The notes below the pieces were generated by a model, which had not been told where the DNA came from, ran no database searches, and worked only from the letters and a program-made list of their open reading frames with translations. Positions 10,616 to 19,981 of a stretch of DNA of 64,000 bases are shown here, piece after piece (the stretch's first letter is position 1; each line of letters starts with the position of its first letter). Source of the stretch: Actinomycetota bacterium (GTDB lineage Bacteria; Actinomycetota; Actinomycetes; Nanopelagicales; Nanopelagicaceae); NCBI GenBank assembly GCA_009699205.1, contig WLOP01000004.1, forward strand, positions 49,212 through 113,211. The letters run 5' to 3'. Made by a program: the position numbers and the translations under genes.

Positions 10616-12629
10616 TAGTTTTCTTTGTCTTTCGAACTTTCTTCACAGGCGCTTCGACTTCAGCAACACTGGCTGGGTGAGTAGGAATTGGTGGGATTGT
10701 TGAAGGTTTGCGCGTAGGAGAACCTGTCCAAGCTGGTCGCGTTGGATAAGACTTTACCCGCTTAAAGATTAAGGAAATCTCATCCTTGTTAAGAGTTTCC
10801 TTATCTAGTAACTCCAAGACCATTTCATCAAGAACTTGGCGATTTTCAGCCAAAATATCGAAAGCTTCTTGGTGAGCATTCTCAATCAAGGTTCGAATCT
10901 CTTGATCAACCAGCGCTGCAACACTTTCAGAGAAATCTCTTGTGTGCCCATAATCGCGCCCCATAAATGGCTCGGCTGCATCGGTACCTAATTTAATTGC
11001 TCCGATTGCTTCAGTCATTCCATATTGAGTGACCATCGCACGTGCTAGCGCTGTTGCTTTTTCAATGTCGTTACTGGCGCCTGTTGATGGATCATGGAAA
11101 ATCAATTCTTCAGCTGCACGGCCGCCTAACGCATATGAAAGTTGATCTAGCAGTTGGTTACGGGTCGTCGAGTATTTATCTTCATCTGGAAGAACCATCG
11201 TGTACCCAAGTGCGCGCCCGCGCGGCATGATCGTAATTTTGTGAACCGGATCGGTATGCGGCAGCGCATGAGCTACAAGTGCGTGACCTGCTTCGTGATA
11301 GGCAGTGACGCGACGCTCTTCTTCGCTCATTAAACGGCTCTTACGCTGAGGTCCCGCCATCACTCTGTCGATTGCTTCGTCCAACTCAGAATTGCCGATT
11401 ACCTTCTTCTCTTCACGCGCCGTTAACAGCGCTGCTTCGTTAAGAACGTTGGCAAGGTCAGCGCCAGTAAATCCTGGAGTACGGCGTGCATACGAAATCA
11501 ATTCAACGTTCGAATCTAATGGTTTGCCTTTCGCATGAACTTTAAGAATTTCTTCACGGCCTTTGAGGTCCGGACGTTCTACAGGAATCTGTCGGTCGAA
11601 TCGGCCGGGACGCAAGAGCGCAGGGTCAAGAACATCTGGACGGTTAGTTGCAGCAATTAAAATTACTTGTCCGTTTGATTCAAAACCATCCATCTCGACG
11701 AGGAGTTGGTTCAGGGTTTGTTCGCGTTCATCATGTCCGCCACCCATACCCGCACCACGCTGACGTCCCACTGCATCAATTTCATCAACGAAAACAATTG
11801 CTGGTGCATTTTCGCGAGCTTGCAAGAAGAGATCGCGTACACGTGATGCTCCAACGCCAACAAACATTTCAACAAAATCTGAACCAGATATTGAGTAGAA
11901 AGGTACGTTCGCTTCTCCTGCAACAGCGCGCGCTAAGAGTGTTTTACCTGTTCCTGGAGGGCCATAAAGGAGTACGCCCTTGGGAATCTTCGCTCCCAAG
12001 GCGACATACTTTGGAGGGTTGGCAAGGAAGTCTTTGATTTCAAGTAACTCCGCTACTGCTTCTTGTGCACCAGCGACATCCGCAAAAGTTGTCTTAGGAA
12101 CATCATTTGTTTGGAGTTTCGCGCGAGAACGGCCAAAGGAAAATGCTTTTCCGCCTCCTTGGGCATTGCTCATCATCAAGAAGAACAAGAACCCAATAAC
12201 TAATATCGGCCCAAAGGAGAAGAAGAGCGAGAGCAGTAGGGATTGGCTAGAAACCTTTACATTCCACGCTTTGGGCGGAGGATTGCTGGTCAGTGCATCA
12301 ACAAGAGTTGGTTCTTCCCCTGTTAAGTAAGAAGCTTCAACTTTGGTTGCACCGCTGATCGATGAGCCAGATTTAAGAATCACTTGAATTGTTTGTGCTC
12401 GATCGAGAATTAAGACTGATTCCACTTCACTTTTTGCAATCGCATCAAGGATTTCAGAAGTCTTGACTTTCGTATATTGATTTCCAGCGCTAGATATCTG
12501 CCCGAAAACAGTGACGCCGATGATGGCGGCAATAATCCAGAAAAGAGGCCCTCGCAGTAATTTTTGACCACGAGTTTGTGGCTTTTTGCGAGGTTCCTTT
12601 TTCTTCTGCGCCATCTTTTTCTCTTTCAT
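10608..12629 (-). CDS. ftsH: ATP-dependent zinc metalloprotease FtsH
   Basis: 673 aa with two N-terminal TM segments. It has the AAA Walker A GPPGTGKT and the HEAGHA zinc motif. Confidence 0.96.
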   Translation of the reverse strand: MKEKKMAQKKKEPRKKPQTRGQKLLRGPLFWIIAAIIGVTVFGQISSAGNQYTKVKTSEILDAIAKSEVESVLILDRAQTIQVILKSGSSISGATKVEASYLTGEEPTLVDALTSNPPPKAWNVKVSSQSLLLSLFFSFGPILVIGFLFFLMMSNAQGGGKAFSFGRSRAKLQTNDVPKTTFADVAGAQEAVAELLEIKDFLANPPKYVALGAKIPKGVLLYGPPGTGKTLLARAVAGEANVPFYSISGSDFVEMFVGVGASRVRDLFLQARENAPAIVFVDEIDAVGRQRGAGMGGGHDEREQTLNQLLVEMDGFESNGQVILIAATNRPDVLDPALLRPGRFDRQIPVERPDLKGREEILKVHAKGKPLDSNVELISYARRTPGFTGADLANVLNEAALLTAREEKKVIGNSELDEAIDRVMAGPQRKSRLMSEEERRVTAYHEAGHALVAHALPHTDPVHKITIMPRGRALGYTMVLPDEDKYSTTRNQLLDQLSYALGGRAAEELIFHDPSTGASNDIEKATALARAMVTQYGMTEAIGAIKLGTDAAEPFMGRDYGHTRDFSESVAALVDQEIRTLIENAHQEAFDILAENRQVLDEMVLELLDKETLNKDEISLIFKRVKSYPTRPAWTGSPTRKPSTIPPIPTHPASVAEVEAPVKKVRKTKKTSE

Positions 12630-13180
12630 TAGGAATACATGTGCTTAGCTAGGACTGCGATGAAAGGAAGGTTGCGATATTTCTCATTGAAATCTAAACC
12701 GTAGCCGACAACAAAATCTGGTGGGATTTCAAATCCAACGTATTCGCAATGGACATCTACTTTGGCTGCTTCAGGTTTTCTTAGAATCGCAAGAATCTTT
12801 ACGCTCTTAGCTCCACGGGATTCGAGGTTTGATTTCAGCCATGAAAGTGTTAGACCGGAATCGACGATATCTTCAACAATGAGAACTTCGCGTCCGGTGA
12901 TGTCGCGATCGAGATCCTTTAGAATTCTTACGACGCCGCTAGATTTTGTTCCAGAACCATAAGATGAAACGGCCATCCAATCCATTTCAACATGGCGTTG
13001 TAGTGCGCGTGCTAAATCTGCCATCGCCATGACGGCGCCTTTTAAAACGCCAACTAAAATTAGATCTCGCCCTTGATAATCTGCATCAATACGTGCAGCA
13101 AGTTCTTTGACCTTCATTTTTAGCTCTTCTTCGGTGACGATGATTCTTTCTACATCGGTTCCTACGGCTGTTAGGTCCAC
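12629..13180 (-). CDS. hpt: hypoxanthine phosphoribosyltransferase
   Basis: It carries the PRPP motif VLIVEDIVDSGLT. The ORF extends to 13291, but that part overlaps tilS. The GTG at 13180 is preceded by a GAGAGG-like SD and gives about 184 aa. Confidence 0.88.
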   Translation of the reverse strand: MDLTAVGTDVERIIVTEEELKMKVKELAARIDADYQGRDLILVGVLKGAVMAMADLARALQRHVEMDWMAVSSYGSGTKSSGVVRILKDLDRDITGREVLIVEDIVDSGLTLSWLKSNLESRGAKSVKILAILRKPEAAKVDVHCEYVGFEIPPDFVVGYGLDFNEKYRNLPFIAVLAKHMYS

Positions 13181-13200
13181 GGTGCCTCTCAAGAATTCTC

Positions 13201-14178
13201 TTAGTTGGATGGATGTGAGAGCGAAAGTCTGCCCGAAATTCGGGAAACCTTCACACCACCGGGCATATCTAAGGCTCCCTGCCCATGCCATGAGGTGACA
13301 AGAGCCTCAATTGCGCTCACATGATCGGCCGAAACCGACCCTTGAGGGGCGCCAGCGGCATAAAGGGCCAGTTTGAGAACCCTCGTCCGGACCGCTCGAG
13401 GGAGGGCTACAAGGTTTTCAATGGCAATCGATTCCACTTCTACTCCGCTAAACGCCTCAAGCGCCCAACCATCAAGTGCGTCGGCATCATCGCGAAGGAG
13501 CGCCGCACTGCGAGCTAGTGCCGCACTAATCCCCGGCCCAATCGTTTCTTCTAGTACTGGCAAAGATTGTGTGCGCACCCGAACGCGCAAGAATTGTTGA
13601 TCGCTGTTGTGTGGATCAATCCATGGAATTAAACCAACTTCACTGCATGCGTTAACTGTTTCTTCACGAGTAATGGATAACAATGGACGCACATACTTGC
13701 CAGCGTTCGAAGCCATACCGGAAAGCGAACGTGTACCAGACCCCCGAGCCAGCCCTAGTAAAACACTTTCCGCTTGATCGTCACGAGTGTGTCCTAGAAA
13801 AACTTTACTCGCTCCATACTTTTTACTCGCTGCATCGAGTGCACCATAGCGCGCTTTGCGAGCCGAAGCTTCGAGTCCATCTTTCAACTCAACTTGTACA
13901 TCAATAATTTCTGAGACCGCAATACCCATCATGTGGAATTGCTCGATAACTTTCTCGGCTTGCTGTCGCGATTGATCCTGGAGCTGATGGTTAATGGTGA
14001 TTCCGATTACTTGAAGAGTTAGTTTTTGCGCCTCTTTAATCAATGCGTAACTTAAAGCAAGTGAGTCGGCACCACCCGAACATGCAACAATTACTTTATC
14101 TCCAGGTTCGCATGTGGCTAATTCGGAACGAACCGCGCTGCGAATTGCCACCATAGAACTACTGGTGGGAGTGGACAT
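13201..14178 (-). CDS. tilS: tRNA(Ile)-lysidine synthase
   Basis: 325 aa with the PP-loop motif ACSGGADS. Confidence 0.9.
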   Translation of the reverse strand: MSTPTSSSMVAIRSAVRSELATCEPGDKVIVACSGGADSLALSYALIKEAQKLTLQVIGITINHQLQDQSRQQAEKVIEQFHMMGIAVSEIIDVQVELKDGLEASARKARYGALDAASKKYGASKVFLGHTRDDQAESVLLGLARGSGTRSLSGMASNAGKYVRPLLSITREETVNACSEVGLIPWIDPHNSDQQFLRVRVRTQSLPVLEETIGPGISAALARSAALLRDDADALDGWALEAFSGVEVESIAIENLVALPRAVRTRVLKLALYAAGAPQGSVSADHVSAIEALVTSWHGQGALDMPGGVKVSRISGRLSLSHPSN

Positions 14179-14187
14179 GGGTTAAGA

Positions 14188-15390
14188 CTAGACCCGACCG
14201 CCCCACGGCATAAGCCCATTAATGCTGTACATATTGGAGTAAATCAAACCCCTGCTGCGTGAATTGGCTTCCCACATCATGCCCCCACCAGCATAAATAG
14301 TGATGTGATGAATCGTCGAAATTGAGTTTTTATAAGCGTAGAAAAGTAGATCTCCTGGTTGAAGTTCGGTCAGCTTTACGTGCATCGTTGCCACCGAATA
14401 AAGAGCGGCATTAAGACGATCCCAGTTTGGGTAACCAAGTCCTGCAGATTTATATGCAGCATAAACAAGTCCAGAACAATCATATGAATTTGGGCCTTGC
14501 GCACCCCACACATAAGGCTTGCGCGCCAAAACTTGCTTCTTCGCATAAGCAACTGCAGCGAGGCGTTGTGCAGGTGTTGCGCGAGTCCATGTGCGACCTT
14601 TAAATCCTAAATCTGGCCACACTTTCTTCTGTCCTGGAGTCTGTGTGGCTTTTTTCGCTTGTGCCTCTTCAAGGAGGGCAAGTTGCCGCTGTTGCTCGAG
14701 GGTGGTTCTAAATTTCTTTGCACTTGCCAATTGCTTCATTAAATCATCTTGCACTGCTTGTAACTTATTAACTTCCTGTTGTTGCGCATATCGTGCAGAG
14801 TCGGCAACTTTCTTTGCCGCCGCAACTCTTGCAGTCGCCTTTTCTTGTTCGCTTTGCGCTGCGTCGGCCTCTGTTTTTGCTTGACGCGCTACAACTTCGG
14901 CAGTTTTATATCGATCTAAGGCTGTTGAGTTATGTGCACCAAGGGTGGAAAGGGTTGAAAGTTGATCTACTAAGTCTTGTGGTCCGGTTGAACTTAATAG
15001 TGGGACTAAATCATTAAGCCCACCACCCATGATGTAGGCATTTGTTGCCAACTGGCCAATAGTTCGATGCGCTGCGCTAACGGCTGCTGCAGTAATTTGT
15101 GCATGTTTGGCCGCGGCTTTGGCGACTTTAGTTGCTGCTGCCAGCTCACGGAGCGCTTGTTCATATTTCGCCCGCGCATCATTTGCAATCTGAGTTAAAC
15201 CGCGAAGAGTTTGATTAGCCTTTGCTAATTTTGCAGCCGCGGCTTTTGCAGCTTCTGCTTTTGCAGCTTCTGCTTTTTTGGCCGCAGCAATTTGGGCCAA
15301 CGTTGGTTTAGGTGTCTTGGCATAAGAAGGGGTCGCAGAACAGAGCAGGCCAAGAACGATGGCGCTCACAAGCAGGCGATTGCGTTTCAT
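14188..15390 (-). CDS. secreted coiled-coil NlpC/P60 (C40) peptidoglycan endopeptidase, RipA/RipC-like
   Basis: 400 aa with a signal peptide. A roughly 250-aa Ala/Lys/Gln-rich coiled-coil precedes the C-terminal NlpC/P60 domain, which has the catalytic DCSGL Cys and the HHITIY His. Confidence 0.88.
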   Translation of the reverse strand: MKRNRLLVSAIVLGLLCSATPSYAKTPKPTLAQIAAAKKAEAAKAEAAKAAAAKLAKANQTLRGLTQIANDARAKYEQALRELAAATKVAKAAAKHAQITAAAVSAAHRTIGQLATNAYIMGGGLNDLVPLLSSTGPQDLVDQLSTLSTLGAHNSTALDRYKTAEVVARQAKTEADAAQSEQEKATARVAAAKKVADSARYAQQQEVNKLQAVQDDLMKQLASAKKFRTTLEQQRQLALLEEAQAKKATQTPGQKKVWPDLGFKGRTWTRATPAQRLAAVAYAKKQVLARKPYVWGAQGPNSYDCSGLVYAAYKSAGLGYPNWDRLNAALYSVATMHVKLTELQPGDLLFYAYKNSISTIHHITIYAGGGMMWEANSRSRGLIYSNMYSINGLMPWGGRV

Positions 15391-15461
15391 TGGGGACCCT
15401 CCTAGGAACGCTAAGAATAGAGGAGGAATCCGGGAAAACTTATTAAGACAGGTATGTGTCT

Positions 15462-16253
15462 CTAGTTTGATACATCTCGGCGGCGAAAGAGCACGCCAAC
15501 AATTAAGGATCCGGCGAGAAGGAATACAGAAACACTCACAATGGCATGGGAGTAAGAAGAGTTAAAATCTCCCCCTGCAGCGATGCTATTAATCATCTGA
15601 CCGGGCAACCATTTTCCAGAATTCTTTACAGTTGCCGCAATAATATTTTCGATGATGAGCAACCAGGCTACACCAATAGAAATCGCTGTAATTGGAGATC
15701 TAAATAGAAGACCTAAAATCATTCCGATTGTTCCTGACGCTAAAACCGAGATAAATACATTCAAAAGAGTGTGAGCAAAGGCGCTCGAGGCCGCAGTAGT
15801 AGTCCATGCACTGTTATCTACTTTTGCTCTTCCCGAGAGTGCAAATGCAAGGCTAATACTGACAACTGCCGAGATAAGAACGGTGAGTAGCGCAAAAACT
15901 TTCATTGCGATGAATTTTCCGAGCAAAAGAGTCAAACGTTTAGGTTGGCGAACCAATAGGTTTCGCAGAGTTCCGTATGTGTATTCCTGCGCAGTTTGCG
16001 CAGCGAATACGCAAAGCGCAACCAGCCCAAGCAGACCCGCAGATCCGCTAAATCCAACTGTTATTCCTGTGGGTAGCGCCAAGATTCCTCGGTTGATGAT
16101 TGCACCACGATCAGAATTTCCTTGAGGCGAATCGATTAATAGGAACAAGAGCGATGTGACAAGTGCTGTGACAGCAATTACCGCAAGACTTGCACCAAGG
16201 AAGAGGGTCGGCCGACGCAATTTTCGCCATTCGGCAAAGAAGACGCGAATCAT
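15462..16253 (-). CDS. ABC-2 type transporter permease
   Basis: 263 aa with six predicted TM segments. A 4-nt overlap joins it to the upstream ATPase gene. Confidence 0.75.
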   Translation of the reverse strand: MIRVFFAEWRKLRRPTLFLGASLAVIAVTALVTSLLFLLIDSPQGNSDRGAIINRGILALPTGITVGFSGSAGLLGLVALCVFAAQTAQEYTYGTLRNLLVRQPKRLTLLLGKFIAMKVFALLTVLISAVVSISLAFALSGRAKVDNSAWTTTAASSAFAHTLLNVFISVLASGTIGMILGLLFRSPITAISIGVAWLLIIENIIAATVKNSGKWLPGQMINSIAAGGDFNSSYSHAIVSVSVFLLAGSLIVGVLFRRRDVSN

Positions 16254-17158
16254 TCGTCATCTCCTGTCATCTCAAAGAATGTTTCTTCCAAAGAAGGTAG
16301 CACTGGCGAAATTTGAGAGAGTGTGATTCCGGAGTCAAAAGCCAATTTATTGAGGGTCGGAGCCCACTCAGCTGCTGCAAGAATATGGGCGACGCCATCA
16401 ATCTCACTTCCTTTATGGCCTGATGATTCGGCAATTGCAAGCAACTTACCGATGTCTTCAGGATTCTCGCATTTAGCAATAATTGTTGGCTGTTGACGTT
16501 CGAGAAGATCTTGCGTTTTACCAGCAAAAATTACCTTCCCTTTTCGCAACATCACAAGTGAATCACTAATCATTTCAATTTCAGAGAGTAAATGCGATGA
16601 GATAAATACTGTTGTCCCCTGCGTTGCTAGCGAGCGCAACAGTTCGCGAATCTCTTGAATACCTGCTGGGTCTAGCCCGTTTGTTGGTTCATCGAGCATT
16701 AAAAGGTGAGGGTTGGGCAGCAGCGCCGCGGCAATGCCAAGTCTTTGCTTCATTCCAAGTGAATAAGTCTTGTACTTAGAGCCCCCGCGATCTCCGAGTC
16801 CGACTCGATCGAGCAAGCTCTGGACAGAGTTGATGTCATGTCCGCCTAAAGTTGCAAGTACTCGCAAGTTTTCGGCGCCGGTCAATGCCGGATAAAAAGC
16901 TGGTCCTTCAATCATTGCGCCAACGCGATGGAGATAGCGCTCGGGATGATTAATGGGTTCACCAAGGATGGTGCCCGAGCCTGCGGTCGGTGTAATCAAA
17001 CCTAAAAGCATTCTCATTGTTGTGGTTTTGCCAGAGCCATTTGGCCCAACGAATCCGCAGACCGTACCTAAAGGCACTTCAAAACTGGCATGAGAAACCG
17101 CCATGCGATTGCCATATTTCTTACTTAGGTCTTTCACGCTGATGGCTAGTGTGGACAC
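16250..17158 (-). CDS. ABC transporter ATP-binding protein
   Basis: It has Walker A GPNGSGKTT, the signature YSLGMKQRL and Walker B LLMLDEPT. The ORF extends to 17281, but a GTG at 17158 or 17167 gives the usual short N-terminus (VSTLAISVKDLSKKYG) and avoids overlap with metZ. Confidence 0.88.
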   Translation of the reverse strand: MSTLAISVKDLSKKYGNRMAVSHASFEVPLGTVCGFVGPNGSGKTTTMRMLLGLITPTAGSGTILGEPINHPERYLHRVGAMIEGPAFYPALTGAENLRVLATLGGHDINSVQSLLDRVGLGDRGGSKYKTYSLGMKQRLGIAAALLPNPHLLMLDEPTNGLDPAGIQEIRELLRSLATQGTTVFISSHLLSEIEMISDSLVMLRKGKVIFAGKTQDLLERQQPTIIAKCENPEDIGKLLAIAESSGHKGSEIDGVAHILAAAEWAPTLNKLAFDSGITLSQISPVLPSLEETFFEMTGDDE

Positions 17159-17181
17159 GGTTGCCACCTTACACTTTCCCC

Positions 17182-18399
17182 ATGAGTAAACGTCCATGGG
17201 GTTACCAACCACTTCCGGAGCGACCAGACCCAACGTGGCCGCTTCATAGCCAAACGCATGCAGTTCGCGCAGGGTTGGCACGCTCAGGATTCGGCGAAAC
17301 TTCTGAAGCCCTTTACCTTAATAGTGGTTTTACCTATGCGAGCGCAGAACAAGCTGCCCAATCCTTTGGCGATGAAATAGATCATTTTGTTTACGGAAGA
17401 TTTGCCAACCCAACCATTGCAATGTTTGAAGAGCGTTTAGCGGCAATCGAAGGCGCTGAATTTTGTGTCGGTACAGGGTCTGGAATGTCAGCCATCTTTG
17501 CATCCATCGCATGCATGGTTAAAAGTGGCGATCACATTGTTGCAGCAGCTGCAATGTTTAGTTCATGTTATGTAATTCTTACCGAAATCTTGCCCAAGTG
17601 GGGCGTCACCGTTGAAATGGTCGATGGCAGCAACGCCGAGCAATGGGCCGCCGCACTTTCCAAACCAACAAAAGTAGTTTTCATTGAATCCCCAAGTAAT
17701 CCAATGTTAGAAATTGTAGATATCCGAATGGTCAGCGACCTCGCTCATAAAGTTGGTGCAACAGTCATCGTAGATAACGTGATGGCCTCACCAATTCTGC
17801 AGAAACCATTAGCACTTGGCGCAGATGTCGTTATGTATTCGGCTACCAAACATATTGATGGCCAAGGTCGAGTTCTGGCTGGGGCAATACTTGGGAGCAA
17901 TTCGTATCTGCAAGAACATCTCAGCCAATTTGTTCGCCATACCGGACCATCTCTTAGTCCATTTAATGCTTGGGTGCTCCTTAAATCATTGGAAACAATG
18001 AGTATGCGTGTTGAGCAAATGAGCAACAGCGCCCAGAAAGTAGCCGAGTTTCTTGAATCTCGTTCTGAAATTAAGACCGTTCTCTATCCAGGTTTGAAAT
18101 CCCATCCTGGCTATGAAGTTGCGCAGAAGCAGATGACGGCGGGCGGCACGACCATGGGCCTCGAATTTGCGGGTGGTCAGGCAGCGGCCTTTAAATTCAT
18201 GAACGCGCTGCGCGTTATTGATATCTCTAATAATTTGGGTGATAGCAAGTCATTAATTACCCACCCTGCATCAAGTACCCACCGCAGAATTCCGCCTGAA
18301 GTAAGAGCAGAGATGGGTATTACTGATGGAATCCTTAGACTTTCAGTGGGCTTAGAACACTCATCTGACCTATTGAAAGATCTAGAACAAGCTTTCTAA
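17182..18399 (+). CDS. metZ: O-succinylhomoserine sulfhydrylase / Cys-Met-metabolism PLP enzyme
   Basis: It has the PLP-lysine motif YSATKHIDGQGR and an N-terminus ..AVRAGLARSGFGETSEALYLNSGFTY typical of MetZ. I placed the start at the ATG at 17182. Confidence 0.85.
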   Translation: MSKRPWGYQPLPERPDPTWPLHSQTHAVRAGLARSGFGETSEALYLNSGFTYASAEQAAQSFGDEIDHFVYGRFANPTIAMFEERLAAIEGAEFCVGTGSGMSAIFASIACMVKSGDHIVAAAAMFSSCYVILTEILPKWGVTVEMVDGSNAEQWAAALSKPTKVVFIESPSNPMLEIVDIRMVSDLAHKVGATVIVDNVMASPILQKPLALGADVVMYSATKHIDGQGRVLAGAILGSNSYLQEHLSQFVRHTGPSLSPFNAWVLLKSLETMSMRVEQMSNSAQKVAEFLESRSEIKTVLYPGLKSHPGYEVAQKQMTAGGTTMGLEFAGGQAAAFKFMNALRVIDISNNLGDSKSLITHPASSTHRRIPPEVRAEMGITDGILRLSVGLEHSSDLLKDLEQAF

Positions 18400-19286
18400 A
18401 GTAGCTGCGCGACGACCAAAAGGGCAGAAAACAAACTCAAGTAGCTAATCGACCATTGGAATATCTTTCCGGCAGCCTTTTCATAATTATCTGAACTTTC
18501 ACGAAGCCCCGTCATCGCACGCGCAAAAACTAACCCGAGAGCGATAGTGATTATCAATGACCAAACCGGAAGTTTTGCAGTTTCAATGAGGGCAATCGAC
18601 GAAATAATCATCGCAATTGTATGAAACCACATTTGACGTTGGACATTTGATTTTGTCGCAACTACCGGCAGCATTGGAATTCCGGCTGCCGCGTAATCTT
18701 CTTTATATTTAATTGCGAGCGCCCAAAAATGAGGGGGCGTCCAAAAGAAGATCACAAGAAAGAATGCAAGAGCAGACCATGACAATGAATCGGTGACCGC
18801 TGCCCAACCGATAAACACTGGCATACAACCTGCTGCGCCACCCCAGACAATATTTTGCGCAGTACGGCGTTTTAGAGCCATCGTATAAATCAGAACGTAG
18901 AACGCGATTGCGATTAAAGTTAAAAGTGTTGCAAGTGGTGTGGTAAAAAACCAAAAGATTGCGAGTGCAAGCGCGCCGACAAGAGTTGAGAAAACTAATG
19001 CTTGATTATTATTTAATACGCCAGTAACTAATGGACGTTTTGATGTTCGTGCCATCAAACGATCAAGATCGCTTTCAATAACCATGTTGTATGCATTAGC
19101 CGAACCAGCAGCTAACGTTCCGCCAATAATTGTCGCCGCAGTTAAACCAAAGGAGGGTAAACCTTTCTGGGCAAGCACCATTGCAGGAAGAGTTGAGACC
19201 AGCAGAAGCTCAACCACCCTCAATTTCATGAGGTCCAGGTAGCCGCGGATCAATACACGCGGAGTCACGCTTAGAGGTTTAGTCAC
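18396..19286 (-). CDS. ctaB: protoheme IX farnesyltransferase (heme O synthase)
   Basis: 296 aa UbiA-family polytopic membrane protein. The sequence has the typical CtaB/CyoE layout. Confidence 0.88.
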   Translation of the reverse strand: MTKPLSVTPRVLIRGYLDLMKLRVVELLLVSTLPAMVLAQKGLPSFGLTAATIIGGTLAAGSANAYNMVIESDLDRLMARTSKRPLVTGVLNNNQALVFSTLVGALALAIFWFFTTPLATLLTLIAIAFYVLIYTMALKRRTAQNIVWGGAAGCMPVFIGWAAVTDSLSWSALAFFLVIFFWTPPHFWALAIKYKEDYAAAGIPMLPVVATKSNVQRQMWFHTIAMIISSIALIETAKLPVWSLIITIALGLVFARAMTGLRESSDNYEKAAGKIFQWSISYLSLFSALLVVAQLL

Positions 19287-19376
19287 TGGTTAAGATTACT
19301 CAGCAACGTTAGGTCGCGTTCCCAGCCCTCTCCCAGTTTCGCCAGTTACTTTGCGCTTAATCGAAGGGATAAAAAG

Positions 19377-19922
19377 ATGACATCGCAAGAGCAGAAGCCC
19401 GAATGGTTCGAAATGGCCGAGAACGATCTCACTCCACGTCCAAAGTTCTCACGCGGGGTCAGAATTTTCGCTCTCAGCGCACCTCTATTGGCCCTTGGCA
19501 TAGGTTTTGTATTCGCCCAAACTCAAGATGGCGCTCCCGCGACAGCGAGTGAAAGCACAGTTAACGCTTCGGCTACGCCCGTAACTGCTGACGTTCCCGC
19601 GCCTGGCTCTGCTTCGATGGAATCAATCAATGTTGATCCTCTTCCTGTTGCTGCCAACACTTCGGCAAGCACGGTCGCAACGACTGCATCGACAGTTACA
19701 CCGACCACACCTGCTCCTCCTACCGCTGGAGTATCTACGCCTCCACAAATTGCTCAACCTCCAGCGATGGGTGGGGGCGAAGATGACGGTTTAGAAGGTA
19801 ACGAAGGTAGCGAACATTCAAAAATAAAAACAGGTAAACATAAATCTGGAGATATTTCCAAGCTCCCTGTTGGTGGTGGCGAAAGCAATGAAGGTTCTGA
19901 GGGTGGCGAGGACGACGATTAG
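19377..19922 (+). CDS. single-pass membrane protein with Pro/Thr/Ala-rich and acidic Gly/Glu-rich low-complexity ectodomain
   Basis: 181 aa with one TM segment (IFALSAPLLALGIGFVFA). A PT-rich linker follows, then two GGGE..NEGSE acidic motifs. I recognised no family. Confidence 0.55.
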   Translation: MTSQEQKPEWFEMAENDLTPRPKFSRGVRIFALSAPLLALGIGFVFAQTQDGAPATASESTVNASATPVTADVPAPGSASMESINVDPLPVAANTSASTVATTASTVTPTTPAPPTAGVSTPPQIAQPPAMGGGEDDGLEGNEGSEHSKIKTGKHKSGDISKLPVGGGESNEGSEGGEDDD

Positions 19923-19945
19923 ATAGTTTGAGATTACGCAGTTAA

Positions 19946-19981
19946 GGTAGGGCGGTGCGCAACCGCCCTACCTTTCTCTTT
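19946..19981 (+). terminator. intrinsic terminator-like hairpin
   Basis: A perfect 10-bp stem GGTAGGGCGG (19946-19955) pairs with CCGCCCTACC (19963-19972). The loop is 7 nt (TGCGCAA) and the hairpin is followed by TTTCTCTTTG. It starts 24 nt after the stop at 19922. Confidence 0.7.

Noticed and set aside
15391-15461. Cyclic-di-AMP (ydaO-type) riboswitch, which often precedes actinobacterial cell-wall hydrolase genes.
   Set aside because: Only 71 nt are available between the hydrolase start and the upstream permease stop, too short for the >100-nt motif. I saw no conserved blocks.
16267-16527. An 86-aa minus-strand ORF nested in another frame of the ABC ATPase gene.
   Set aside because: It lies entirely within a well-supported CDS in a different frame and shows no independent signals.
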